This document shows, one piece after another, positions 28,419-39,282 of a stretch of DNA of 64,000 nt. Origin of the DNA: an uncultured Verrucomicrobiae bacterium (GTDB taxonomy: Bacteria > Verrucomicrobiota > Verrucomicrobiia > Chthoniobacterales > JAFAMB01); contig CAVXLD010000003.1 of NCBI GenBank assembly GCA_963762565.1, forward strand, positions 736,001 to 800,000. The letters run 5' to 3'. Every line of letters starts with the position of its first letter. Position 1 is the stretch's first letter. Both the position numbers and the translations under genes were made by a program. The notes below the pieces were generated by a model. That model worked only from the letters and a program-made list of their open reading frames with translations, was not told where the DNA came from and did not search any database.

Positions 28419-29063
28419 ATGAACCTCATTTACTACTACGACGTTTGTTCAATGTGGTGCGCCATGGGCGACGAAGTGCTCGTCGCCATCAGCAAGCGCC
28501 ACGGCTCTCGAGTACCGATCGTCCGAAAAATTGCATTGATTAACGACGGTAAGCCAATGGCTGCCGGTCTCGAACAAGAGAAATGGTACTACGACCGGTG
28601 TGACTTTGTCACCGGGCGTCGATTCAATCACAACTGGATCGAGAAACCCGGACAAACAACCTGGGTCCCAAATGCCGTTATCCAGGCTGCCGAACGTCTC
28701 GGTCACGGTGATGCCGTGAGAGAGATCCTCAAGACCGAAGGATTGATGGAGGGCAAGCCAATTCTACGTCTGGAGGTTGCGCTAGAGCTCGCCGCAAAGG
28801 CAACCGGTATCAGCTCATCCGAGCTGGCAAGCGCGGTCAACGACGACAAAACCGCCGACGCCATAAAAGCCGGCACCGCCGAATTCAGCCTGTTACCAGC
28901 CAACCAACGCCCAACCTTTCTCCTCCGCAGCAACATCGAAGACACCGCGCTGCTAAGCGGTATTTACCGCCCCGAACCTATCTTCGCTGCGATCGAAGCC
29001 ATGATCTCAGACGAGGACGCCTACGAGCGCTTCCGAGCCAGCTACCCGCCAATACCGGAGTGA
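28419..29063 (+). CDS. DsbA/FrnE-like thioredoxin-fold protein
   Basis: YYYDVCSMWC N-terminus and cis-Pro loop RPTF. Confidence 0.72.
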   Translation: MNLIYYYDVCSMWCAMGDEVLVAISKRHGSRVPIVRKIALINDGKPMAAGLEQEKWYYDRCDFVTGRRFNHNWIEKPGQTTWVPNAVIQAAERLGHGDAVREILKTEGLMEGKPILRLEVALELAAKATGISSSELASAVNDDKTADAIKAGTAEFSLLPANQRPTFLLRSNIEDTALLSGIYRPEPIFAAIEAMISDEDAYERFRASYPPIPE

Positions 29064-29269
29064 CCGTTCGCGGTTCGCGGTTCACGGTTCGCCGTTGGCT
29101 GTTGAGTCGCGATTCGTTTCCTGTTGAGAAGACGCGTCATATAAGTCCCATTAGTCCTATAAGGGCCCGTCGCGCCGTAGGCTGGGCGAAGGCGGATCCC
29201 ATCCGAGCCACCCGATGACCCACCAATGACCGACGACCGACCCACCACCCATCGCTAGCCCCCACCACC

Positions 29270-30448
29270 GTGAACCGCAAACGCCATCCCGGACGCCATT
29301 TTCTCCAAATCCCAGGACCGACCAATGTCCCTGATCGGGTACTCCGCGCCATTGATCGTCCCACGATTGATCACCGTAGCCAGGATTTTGCCCAGCTTGG
29401 TCATGACTGTCTGGAGGGCATGAAAAGAATATTCCAGACCTCGCTGGGCCAAGTTTTCATCTTTCCATCAAGCGGAACTGGCGCCTGGGAAGCCGCCATC
29501 GTTAACACCTTATCACCCGGCGATCGGGTGCTGATGTTCGAGACCGGCCATTTCGGAACGCTCTGGCGAAAGCTGGCGGCGAACTTCGGTGTGACCGTCG
29601 ACTTTGTCCCGGGCGATTGGCGCCACGGCGTATCGCCCGAAGCAGTTGAAACCAAGCTCCGCGACGATGTCCACCAAGAGATCAAGGCGGTGATGTGCGT
29701 CCATAACGAAACCTCGACCGGCGTTACCAGCCAGATTGCGGAGGTACGACAAGCCATGGACCGAGCCGGTCATCCGGCGTTGCTCATGGTAGATACAATT
29801 TCCTCACTTGGGAGCATCGATTACCGGCATGACGAATGGCGGGTTGACGTCGGTATCGGCGGTTCTCAGAAAGGGTTGATGTTGCCGCCGGGACTCGGCT
29901 TTAACGCAGTTAGTCAAAAGGCGCTGGAAGCGTCTGGCGCCGCCCGGTTACCGCGTTCGTTTTGGTCCTGGACAGAAATGGTTGAGCCAAACAAACAGGG
30001 CTTTTTCCCCTATACCCCAGCGACCAACCTGTTATTCGGGCTGCGTGAAGCCATCTCAATGTTGCTGGATGAGGAGGGCCTGGACTCAGTATTTAAGCGT
30101 CATCAGAGGCATGCTGAAGCGACCCGATCTGCGGTCAACGCTTGGGGACTCGAGTTGGTGTGTGCTGATCCGCGCGAATACAGCAGTTCTTTGACCGCCA
30201 TCTTTTTGCCGGACGGCTTTGATGAAGCCGCCTTTCGCGGTTTAGTCCTCGATAAATTCAATCTGTCGTTGGGTTCCGGCCTTGGAAAACTTAAAGGCCG
30301 AGCATTCCGAATCGGTCACCTTGGCGATTTCAACGATCTGATGTTGTGCGGCGCCTTGTGCGGCGTCGAGATAGGTCTGTCCCTTTTCGGTGTCCCCTTC
30401 AAAAAAGGCGGCGTCGACGCCGCCATGGAATTCTTGGAGAGGAGCTAG
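29270..30448 (+). CDS. sgaA: Serine-glyoxylate aminotransferase (class V PLP enzyme)
   Basis: HFLQIPGPTNVP, VHNETSTG, DTISSL, GSQKGLMLPPG, FRIGHLG. Confidence 0.9.
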   Translation: MNRKRHPGRHFLQIPGPTNVPDRVLRAIDRPTIDHRSQDFAQLGHDCLEGMKRIFQTSLGQVFIFPSSGTGAWEAAIVNTLSPGDRVLMFETGHFGTLWRKLAANFGVTVDFVPGDWRHGVSPEAVETKLRDDVHQEIKAVMCVHNETSTGVTSQIAEVRQAMDRAGHPALLMVDTISSLGSIDYRHDEWRVDVGIGGSQKGLMLPPGLGFNAVSQKALEASGAARLPRSFWSWTEMVEPNKQGFFPYTPATNLLFGLREAISMLLDEEGLDSVFKRHQRHAEATRSAVNAWGLELVCADPREYSSSLTAIFLPDGFDEAAFRGLVLDKFNLSLGSGLGKLKGRAFRIGHLGDFNDLMLCGALCGVEIGLSLFGVPFKKGGVDAAMEFLERS

Positions 30449-30822
30449 GAGCGAGAATCTAGGAGCTAGGAGGATGGATCCGGCATATTTGGTAGGGCGA
30501 GGCTCCCTCTGCCACCAAGAGTAGATCGCAACGGGAATAGGTGCCTGTTGAGGTTTCGGTCGCAATACCTGAGAAGCGGCCGAGCCTGAGGTTAGCCGCC
30601 TAACAATCGGACAGGATTCGTGCGTCCTATAGGCATTATTACGTACTATCCTATAGGTCCCATAAGTCGTATAGAGCCTGTCGCGCCGTAGGCTTGGCGA
30701 AGGCGGATCCCATCCCATGCAAATTACAAGAAAATTCATTGTCCCACGGCGTGCTTTCACTTAGAAAGTTTAGAGAGGTACAAGCGGTGAATACCAGGCA
30801 AAGTAAGGAACAGCCGGCAGGG

Positions 30823-31557
30823 ATGCAGTTCCATACCACTCGCTGGGACTTAGTGCTTCGGTCTGGCGATGTTACATCGCCCCTGCATGAACAGTCTTTG
30901 TCCGAGTTCTGTTCTCGTTATTGGTATCCGCTCTATCACTTCGCCCGGTACAAAGGTTTTAACGATGAAGATGCCCAGGACCTGACCCAAGGTTTCTTCC
31001 TGCATTTGCTGGATAAAGAGAGTCTGAAACACGCCGACCCCAACCGTGGCCGGTTCCGTTCTTTCTTGCTGGCCTCATTTCAGAACCATATCTCCGCGCT
31101 ACGACACCGGGCCGGAGCAGCAAAACGGGGTGGAGGAAATGCGTTAGTGCCGCTCGATGCCCAGGAAACGAACGAACGCGACCAGATTGAGCCGAAGGAT
31201 AACCTAACCGCCGAAGTTTTTTTCGATGCGCAATGGGCGCAATTGTTACTCGAGCGAGCCATGGTCCGGCTCGGCGAAGAATACCGGCAGGTCGGTAAAA
31301 CCGCCCAGTTCGATCGGCTTCGCGGTTATCTTGATCTAACAGGAGAGCATCTGAACGAGAGCTATGAGGGGGTGGCAAACGAGCTAGGGTTAACGGTCGC
31401 CGGAGTTAAAACCCTGGTATTCCGGATGCGGAAGCGCTACTCGGCGTTGCTGCGCGACGAAGTATCCCAGACTTTACTTGATCCTGGGGATATCGACGCG
31501 GAAATCCACGCTCTCTATCAGGCGCTCCTGGTGACCGAAGGACGGCGATTGAAATGA
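30823..31557 (+). CDS. ECF sigma factor (PVC kinase-associated type)
   Basis: FHTTRWDLV, YWYPLY, DAQDLTQGFF, GRFRSFLL; ATGA overlap with kinase; start uncertain. Confidence 0.88.
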   Translation: MQFHTTRWDLVLRSGDVTSPLHEQSLSEFCSRYWYPLYHFARYKGFNDEDAQDLTQGFFLHLLDKESLKHADPNRGRFRSFLLASFQNHISALRHRAGAAKRGGGNALVPLDAQETNERDQIEPKDNLTAEVFFDAQWAQLLLERAMVRLGEEYRQVGKTAQFDRLRGYLDLTGEHLNESYEGVANELGLTVAGVKTLVFRMRKRYSALLRDEVSQTLLDPGDIDAEIHALYQALLVTEGRRLK

Positions 31558-34435
31558 ACGCCGGTGATGAGCCGGAACCGGACGAGCCAAAGAACCAGCC
31601 GCCGCCAAAACCCGAGCCTGGTTTATCTCGCCGTAGTCCCGCGGACGCGGGAGAGGCGGATTTGTCACCCGGTGGTCCCGCGAACGCCGGAGAAGCGTCG
31701 TCTGCCTCCGGCGCGACCCAAGGGTTACCGCCCGATCAACCCCTGCCGCCGGGAGCCGAAATGCTTCGCCGGGCAAGCGGCAGTTCACTGGATTCCTTTT
31801 CGGATGAGGGCTCAGATCTCAGTCTGTTAACCGCCGAACAATTTCAACGGCGATACGCCCATTTCGAAGTTGAGATCGGAGCCGACGGTAAGCCGGTGGA
31901 GCTCGGCCGGGGAGCTATGGGGATCACATACAAAGCTTCGGACACAACCTTACGGCGGCAGGTGGCTTTGAAAGTGATTTCCAGCCGGTTGCTCCATAAC
32001 GAATCGCTTAAGAACCGGTTCTTGCGGGAAGCCCGCGCCGCCGCATCGTTGCGGCACCCGTACGTCGCCTCGATCTACTATCTTGGGTCGACTGAGGCCT
32101 CCTATTTCTACGCGATGGAGTTAATCGAGGGACAAACCCTCGACGCATATATCACCCAGCATGGACCGCTCGACGCTAAGTTAGCGCTAGAGATCACCAT
32201 CCAGATTACTTCCGCGCTGGCCGCCGCTCATCAGGCTGGGCTCGTTCATCGCGACATCAAACCTGCCAACATTATCCTGACTCGGGACAGCCACGGCCAG
32301 ATAACCGCGAAAGTCATCGATTTCGGGTTAGTCAAGTTGACCACTGGCGACGTTGAAGACTCGTCTGCTTCGGAGCCTGGGATTTTCTTGGGAACCCCCA
32401 GGTATGCTAGTCCCGAACAGATCAGCTGCGGGGCGGTTGATATCCGCTCGGATCTATACTCGGTTGGGGTAACCTTGTGGCAGATGTTGACTAAATCGGC
32501 GCCGTTCATCGGAACGCCTTCGGAAGTAGCCGCTCAACACTTGCAAGCGCCCTTGCCGATCAGCAAATTAAAATACTTCCCCCAGCCAGTGGTGGCGTTG
32601 CTAACGCACGTACTGGAGAAAGACCCGAAAGACCGGCCGCAAACGCCGGATGATCTTGTTGGCAATACTCCGAGCAACGCAGCGGAATCTCACAGCTCCA
32701 AAATCGCTGACATCCGCGAGTGCCGGTCCGATCCGAGCCCGATTCTACGTAGGCAAGGTAGGGTATGTCATCGGCGCAGCGGCCTCATTGTAGCTGCCGC
32801 GTTAGCCTCTTATTTTTATTTTTATCGAGGCGCGCCCGCTCCCGAGATGACCGGAAGATCCGTCGCAATCTTGCCGTTTGATAACGTCGGCGGAGATAAA
32901 CAGAACGATTATCTAAGCGACGGCTTAACTACCGAGGTGATTTTCGAGCTATCTAAAATGGCCAGTCTTCGGGTTATCTCGCGAGACTCCGTCCTGGGAT
33001 ACAAAGCTACGCCGGGAATTCCTAGGAAGTCGCTGCAAGAGATCGGAAAGGAACTAAACGTCGATACCGTCCTAGAGAGCAGCATCCAACGGTTGAATGA
33101 TCAAATCAAAATCATCGCCGTGCTCTATGACGCAAAAGCAATAAGCGGATTTGGGGTGCCGCCTACAACCGGGAAATGAAGGATCTATTCGCAATTCAGA
33201 CCGATGTAGCTGAAAATCTGGCTGCCGCCCTGCAGGTACGGCTGACGGCACTGGAGCGCGATCAAATCCAGCGGAAGCCAACGGAGAATTTCACCGCTTA
33301 TGACCTGTATCTTCAGGCTCAAGCTTACTACGGGCTTCGCCACAAAGACGACAATGAGAAAGCGATAGACCTTTTCCGCCAGGCCTTGGAATTGGATTCA
33401 AACTTCGCCCAGAGCTACGCAGGATTAGCGAGCGCCTACATCGATCGATATGTTCGATTTGGTCAGGAAGCGTTTTGGGTGGATTCGGCCATTGATGAAT
33501 GCAAAAAGGCAATATCGATAGACCAGAATCAGGCGTACTCGTGCGTGGTGCTCTCAGGGCCCTGGTTGAAGAACTTGTTTGACCAGGCAACCGAGGCGGT
33601 AAATCAAGCTTTGCGGTTGGCGCCGAACAACAGCGAGGTCAATTTCAGAGCCGGTAGCTTGATGTTAAATTCGGCGGTAAGCCCGGAAGCTTACGCCTTA
33701 CTGCGAAAAGCTTATTCTCTTGATCCCAACGATCCTCGGAAAGCGTATTTGTTGGCTTATATCTGCGCTATCATCGGAGAAGACGACTTGCGCGAGAAAT
33801 GGATGCAAAAAACGATCCAGCTCGAAAGCGATCCCGACCGACGCAAACTACTAGAATGTGAACGGCTGGTTCAAAGACGCGAATACCAAACGGCGTATGA
33901 GGCGTTGAAAAACCTACCCGACCAGCTAGTCGCCTACGGTCCGTCCGCTCTGGATTTACGAATCGAATGCGCAGAACGTTTGGGCGATTGGGCATCCGTG
34001 ATTCAGGGGGTACAGGCGAAAGCCGCCACCGATCTCTCGTCCCAGTTCCATCTGACTCTTACCTATCAATTATCGGGAAATATTACCAAGGCCAGTTCCG
34101 AGGCAACGACACTGCAGACGCGAGCGAAGGCAGTTCTCAGCATCCATCCCACTGATCGCGACGCGAAATATTATCTCGCTTTCAGCGACCGTCTCCTGGG
34201 GCGCAACAATGAAGCGAGCGAGATCTTGCGCCAGCTTTTCCCTGTATCAATCATCCCGTCACCGAATGCGCTGAGCTTATTGCGCGATGATCCTTCCCTG
34301 GATGTTTTTAAGCAAGATGACAGCTTTAAGGAATTGGTGGCGGGGGATGAAAGAGGGACAACGAAACCCGAACTCGTATTGTTGAGATCGAAAAAAACTC
34401 TCGCTAGTGAGACGTTGGCCCGTCGTATTTTTTAA
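31554..34435 (+). CDS. Ser/Thr protein kinase with TM, TolB_N-like and TPR domains, apparently frameshifted
   Basis: LGRGAMG, VALK, HRDIKPAN, DFG; SVAILPF..DYLSDGLT; continues as DLFAIQ in the 33176 frame; shifts near 32660-32770 and ~33140. Confidence 0.82.
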
Positions 34436-34542
34436 GTCCGCGATAGCGAGTATGGAAACTGTTGATGCACTACGAGAGATCAACTGCTGCATTGAAACTT
34501 CTGACGAGATTTGGTTTATATATTTTTTGAAACGCAACTGTC

Positions 34543-35196
34543 ATGCCTGGCCCATCATTTACAAAATCAAAAAAGGGCGGAGGAGTGCTACCGCTCGGTA
34601 AACGAAACCTTGAAGATCTCGCTACCAAGTTCCTCCCGAATGCTTATCCGACATTCCATAAGCTGGTGACCGACCGGGTCACGCATAGGCCCACCTCAGT
34701 AGCGGTATACGGGATTACTGCAACCAAGACAGGTTCTGATCCCCGATTATCAACACCGTTAGCGCAACTTACACTTGGGGACGTCATCGGACTCTTAGAT
34801 CAATTCAGTTTCCAGATCGATACCTATCTAAGTGGAACTAAGATAAAGGGCGATTCTTATGTGTTGAAAGGTGAATCCCCGAATCCGGGTGAGGCATTGG
34901 CGAACAAGCGCTCATTTACTACCAAGTTAAGCCAACTAAGCTTGCTCAATATTGTCGAATTGCTACCTCAAGCGACATTCTCTTTGAATTCCAAATCATA
35001 CATCATCTCGGGTGGAGTCGAGAACGATGTAGAAGATGAGGCGATAAAGAATTCTCATCTGAAGACCCCGGTTGCCACGCTGACTCCGAAATACCTTCTC
35101 ATACTAACTCGTTTCTTCCGATTTACGAGCATGCCTGCTAACCCTGGGCACGGGACGACTGGCATAGTTGCGTTCAACAAAGTTTTTGGCGAATAG
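34543..35196 (+). CDS. Hypothetical protein with three internal repeats
   Basis: LSTPLAQLTLGDV / FTTKLSQLSLLNI / LKTPVATLTPKYL; visibly AT-richer than its neighbours. Confidence 0.65.
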   Translation: MPGPSFTKSKKGGGVLPLGKRNLEDLATKFLPNAYPTFHKLVTDRVTHRPTSVAVYGITATKTGSDPRLSTPLAQLTLGDVIGLLDQFSFQIDTYLSGTKIKGDSYVLKGESPNPGEALANKRSFTTKLSQLSLLNIVELLPQATFSLNSKSYIISGGVENDVEDEAIKNSHLKTPVATLTPKYLLILTRFFRFTSMPANPGHGTTGIVAFNKVFGE

Positions 35197-35202
35197 CTGC
35201 GC

Positions 35203-35940
35203 TTGATTCTATTAATTAGCCGCACGCAAGACGCTTTGTGCATCGACTTAGCCAGAGGGCTGCAAGAGTGCGGATGCCGGGTGCAAGTGATACCGGAGCT
35301 ATTTCTCAGTCCGGCGGAACTGTCCTGGTGGCTAGGCTCTGAAAGGGGGGCAACCAGCTACCGGTCGCAATCGGGAGAGATGATTTCCGATCAGGATATT
35401 TCTGGCGTTATTTTGCAAAGGAATCCATTCATGCAGGACGATGGGCAGGGGCTTAACGAAGATGTGTATGTCTATGCCGAAAAGGAAGCTGCTCTGCTCG
35501 GTTGGGTATGGGGATTAAGCTGCCCCGTCATAAACCGTTACCCTCCCGAGCTGTGGTTTGAGCCGATCGAATCATTGGAATTTTGGCGCGGGCGGGTAAG
35601 CGTTTCGGACTGGAATTGATAGCCGTGGGGGCCGAGCAAACGGCTTCCTGCTATTCGGTTGCCGTAATCGGTTCACGGGTTATCTGGGACCAAGGCGCCG
35701 CAGAGGCTAGAATGCACGAACGGTCCTCTAATTAAATTCACCAAATCGCTTGGTCTGGCTATCTCGTGCCGGATTACGGATTCCTTGGGTAAGCCGAAGA
35801 TTTCAGGAGTAGAGCCATTCCCGACGTACGATGGGTTCTGCGTGCCAAGCCGGCGGGAGATCGTTACTGAACTGATCCGTTTGATTACTGCGTCCAAAAG
35901 GGAAGTCTCCTCGCGTACCGCAGCCGACTCATGGTTTTAG
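35203..35940 (+). CDS. Degenerate ATP-grasp-like protein, frameshifted
   Basis: YVYAEKEAALLGW..LSCPVINR; continues in another frame to TAG 35940 (ISGVEPFP), overlapping the next ATG. Confidence 0.6.
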
Positions 35941-36861
35941 TGTGTGGCGACCCATCCGAGCCGGTGACTGCATTCCTTTGCTGCAGGCTGGCGCTGCTCA
36001 AGATTGATTATCACGTATTGGACCTTGGCAAATTTCCGGGAGAATCTGCTTTAGAGTGGATTTGGGCCGATGGCCGGCCTTCCGGGTCAATATCGACCAA
36101 GGATTGGAAGATCGAGTTAGCACAGCTTAGCGGTGTCTATTTTCGAAGCGTCGACGTCGATGAATTGGACGCAGCAGGAGAGACAACGAAACCAACTGGC
36201 GGAGCCTACCCTCGGCCTGAGTTCAACTTGCCGCCATGCTGAACAGCCTCCCGTGCCGAGTCGTCAATCGGCCTGGGGCAACCTACTCAAATCGCAGCAA
36301 ACCTTATCAGGCCCTGATAATTCGCCAATTCGATTTCAATATTTCGCGAACCCTGATCACCAATGATCCTGAAAGCGCCCGAAATTTCTACGACGGATGC
36401 GATGGGAAGGTGATCTTTAAATCCATTGGCGGTCTAAGTTCGATGGTGCGGCTGATGAACAAGGAAGATCTCGAACGCTTGGCGCTCGTGGAGAACTGTC
36501 CGACCCAGTTTCAGGAATATATTCCCGGCGACAATATTCGGGTGCACGTCATCGGCGAGCCGGGCCTGTTTCCGGTCCGGATCCAGTGTGATGCTGTCGA
36601 CTACCGGTATGCGGGACAGGAGGGCTATGCCCGGACCATGGTTCCCACCAACCTTCCTGCGGGCGTCCAGAACAATTGCGTCAGACTCGCGAAAAAAGTC
36701 TTGGACTCGCCATGGCCGGAATCGATCTGAAAGAAACGCCGGCTGGTGAGTATTATTGTTTCGAGGTCAACACTTCTCCGGCCTTCCCGTTTTACGAGTC
36801 GCCGGTCCGACCAACCGTGGCAGATGCTCTAGCGGAATTTCTTGCTGGCAGGAACACTTAA
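35931..36861 (+). CDS. RimK-like ATP-grasp ligase, frameshifted in three pieces
   Basis: VVNRP..SNRSKPYQ, VIFKSIGG, FQEYIPG.NIRVHV, VDYR, GIDLK..YYCFEVNTSPAF. Confidence 0.8.
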
Positions 36862-37248
36862 GGAAGTCAGCGCCCGGCCAGGTTTTAAAAACGAAAAACG
36901 CGAGGCTCAGAATCCTTTTCTGAAACCGCGTCTCCAAAAATCATTAATACTGAAACGGGACACCCTCCAATCCACTCGGTGCGGAAGTCCCAACATAGCG
37001 AGCCAGCGCGGGGATGACCCGCAACCAAAACGTAGCCGAATGGCAAAACAGGCCGCTCGGGTCGGAACCGCCCGAGCGGCCACGCTTCGCGAATAGCCAA
37101 TAGCCGATAGCCAATGGTTCTTCGGCGATGGTTTTAGAGGTTCCGAGCGAATCGAAAGGGAAGACCCAGCCATTGAAATGTTGCCAGGCCGCTCTTCGTC
37201 GGTTGGCTATCGGCTATCGGCTATTGGCTATTGGCTATGCGCGTAGCG

Positions 37249-37611
37249 CTAGAATGGCTTATACAGCGCGAGCCATGCTCCTAGCCCCACGAGCACGGCC
37301 AGGTACACCAGCATGGATACTTGGAACCGGGCGAAACGGCGGACCAAAACCGCGGAAGCGCCCGCCAACAACCAGATGATCACCTTGCCCCAGACCCAAC
37401 CCGGTAGGTTCTTGCCGATCCCGAGTTGGATCAACATGATGAATCCGGTAATTAAGAGGAGAATCAGTCCAATGCCGTGCGAGATGGCAAAGATCCGCCG
37501 GGTAGTAGAAGGACCCGGGGAAACCGCATTATAAGCAAGCGCCCCAGCCAACCCCATAAAGGTTAAGGCTAAGGCGATCAGGTGGAAAACTTTCAGGGTT
37601 AGATAGGACAT
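37249..37611 (-). CDS. Small four-TM membrane protein (SirB2-like)
   Basis: YLTLKVFHL, HGIGLILLLITGF, PGWVWGK. Confidence 0.75.
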   Translation of the reverse strand: MSYLTLKVFHLIALALTFMGLAGALAYNAVSPGPSTTRRIFAISHGIGLILLLITGFIMLIQLGIGKNLPGWVWGKVIIWLLAGASAVLVRRFARFQVSMLVYLAVLVGLGAWLALYKPF

Positions 37612-37642
37612 GCGGCGAACTCGCCTGAAGCTCGTTCGCCGA

Positions 37643-37736
37643 ATGACAAATGACAAATGGCAGATGACAAATGGACGATGCGCTGGGTCGCATCTGCGTT
37701 TCCGAATCTGTCATTTGTCATCTGTCATCTGTCATT
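37643..37736. repeat. Inverted TGACAAA / TTTGTCA heptamer arrays
   Basis: ATGACAAATGACAAATGGCAGATGACAAA ... TTTGTCATCTGTCATCTGTCATT. Confidence 0.8.
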
Positions 37737-37857
37737 CCGCCGGCAGCCGCTGATGGGTCAGCAGACAGAATGTGGTCCGTTATCATCCGGCCTGTGCTGC
37801 TGCACTGTCGGCGGCCGCTTGCTTTTACCGAGCCCGACCTGAATGCTGTAAACGCTT

Positions 37858-38664
37858 ATGGATGCTCAACCGATCACTGTTGTCGATGCATTTACCAATG
37901 TCCCGTTCGCCGGAAATCCAGCTGCGGTTTGTGTTCTTAAACAGGAACAATCAGCGGACTGGATGCAATCGGTTGCCAAAGAAATGAACCTTTCAGAAAC
38001 GGCGTTTCTGCTTTCTGAGGGCGACCATATTTATCGTCTTCGTTGGTTTACGCCGAAGGTAGAAGTGAAACTGTGTGGACACGCCACGTTAGCTTCGGCG
38101 CATGTTTTATGGGAGGAAGGTCAGGCAGTCAGCTCTAAGCCTATTCATTTCGAGACCTTGAGCGGGCGACTAACCGCCGAACAGAAGGAGGCAGGTTGGA
38201 TTGCTATGAATTTTCCTTCCCGATTTGTGAGCGACTCGGATGCTCCGCCCGAAGTCCGTCAAGGCTTGGGGGCTGAACCATTATTTGCGGCTAAATATGA
38301 TTCCGGGTACCTGGTAGAGCTCGCTAACAAAGAAGTTTTGCTAGGGATCAAGCCAGATTTTGCCCGGTTAGTCCAAAGCGGGTGCGGCCGCCTCATCGTG
38401 ACTACCCAGGCGCAACCCGGTGACGAATACGATTTCTTTTCCCGGTTCTTTGCCCCGGATGCAGGGATCGATGAAGACCCGGTAACAGGTTCCGCCCATT
38501 GTGTGCTCGGACCGTACTGGGCAACGAAGCTGGGTAAGACCGAACTCCGAGCGTTCCAATGTTCCGAACGGGGTGGGGAACTGCGCTTGTCGGTTCAAGG
38601 CGATCGGACCGTTTTGCAAGGACGCGCTGTGACCGTGTTGAAAGGGCAGTTGTTGGCAAGGTAA
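37858..38664 (+). CDS. PhzF-family isomerase/epimerase
   Basis: VDAFT..PFAGNPAAV, NLSETAF, LCGHATLA, EDPVTGSAH. Confidence 0.93.
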   Translation: MDAQPITVVDAFTNVPFAGNPAAVCVLKQEQSADWMQSVAKEMNLSETAFLLSEGDHIYRLRWFTPKVEVKLCGHATLASAHVLWEEGQAVSSKPIHFETLSGRLTAEQKEAGWIAMNFPSRFVSDSDAPPEVRQGLGAEPLFAAKYDSGYLVELANKEVLLGIKPDFARLVQSGCGRLIVTTQAQPGDEYDFFSRFFAPDAGIDEDPVTGSAHCVLGPYWATKLGKTELRAFQCSERGGELRLSVQGDRTVLQGRAVTVLKGQLLAR

Positions 38665-38718
38665 CGGCGAATGGGCGATTGGGCGCACCGGCGAACCGGC
38701 GAAGGGGCGATCGAAGAT

Positions 38719-38919
38719 GGGGAGGGATCGCGTCCTCGCGATCCGTGGTTCGAGGAGGCGCGCGTCGTCTGAGCCCAGGACGTTTCAAGATCTAACGGCC
38801 TGGAATCGTGGTTGGGTCGTTACCCAGTCATACGGCGTCGAATCGGTCTAATCTCGCCATATCCCGGACACACCTGTCGCTCCGCAAATAACGGATCGCG
38901 GGGACGCGATCCCTCCCGG
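38719..38919. repeat. Palindromic repeat family C copy
   Basis: GGGAGGGATCGCGTCCTCGCGATCCGT ... ACGGATCGCGGGGACGCGATCCCTCCC. Confidence 0.8.
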
Positions 38920-39035
38920 CCTTCGGCCCAATCCCACACACATAAGCAACGCACCTGTCGGCTTTTGAACAGCGTTGCGCAAAAAACGCGACAGCGGACG
39001 GCAGAACGCCTCTTTGCGTATTCACCGCTCCCGGA

Positions 39036-39128
39036 GGTGGCGACCCCTTCGGCCTCGCAAGCGAGGCAGCGCTCCACGGGTGGCGACCCCTTCGGTCTCG
39101 CAAGCGAGGCAGCGCTCCACGGGTGGCG
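39036..39128. repeat. Tandem 43-bp duplication of a family B arm
   Basis: GGTGGCGACCCCTTCGG(C/T)CTCGCAAGCGAGGCAGCGCTCCACG x2. Confidence 0.88.
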
Positions 39129-39282
39129 CCCCTCGGCTCGGCAGTCTTCTGGCACAACGAACCAATAGGCGCAATAGACTAGCGGCTCTGCGACACTTTT
39201 TAGGCCGTTCCGGAGCCTCGCCCCACCAAAGTACGCCTCGGCGCGGCACGCATCCCGCTGTAAGCCGTCTCTTTCGCCAGTT

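Noticed and set aside
29270..30448. Serine-cycle methylotrophy
   Set aside because: The sgaA-like gene stands alone, with no other serine-cycle genes in the window.
33130..33180. Programmed frameshift between kinase and TPR halves
   Set aside because: No clear slippery heptamer, and it lies in a region with many unrelated indels.
37858..38664. Phenazine biosynthesis cluster
   Set aside because: Only a lone PhzF-like gene is present, with no other phz genes.
39036..39128. Possible mini CRISPR array
   Set aside because: Two 43-bp units are directly adjacent with no spacers, match repeat family B, and no cas genes are present.
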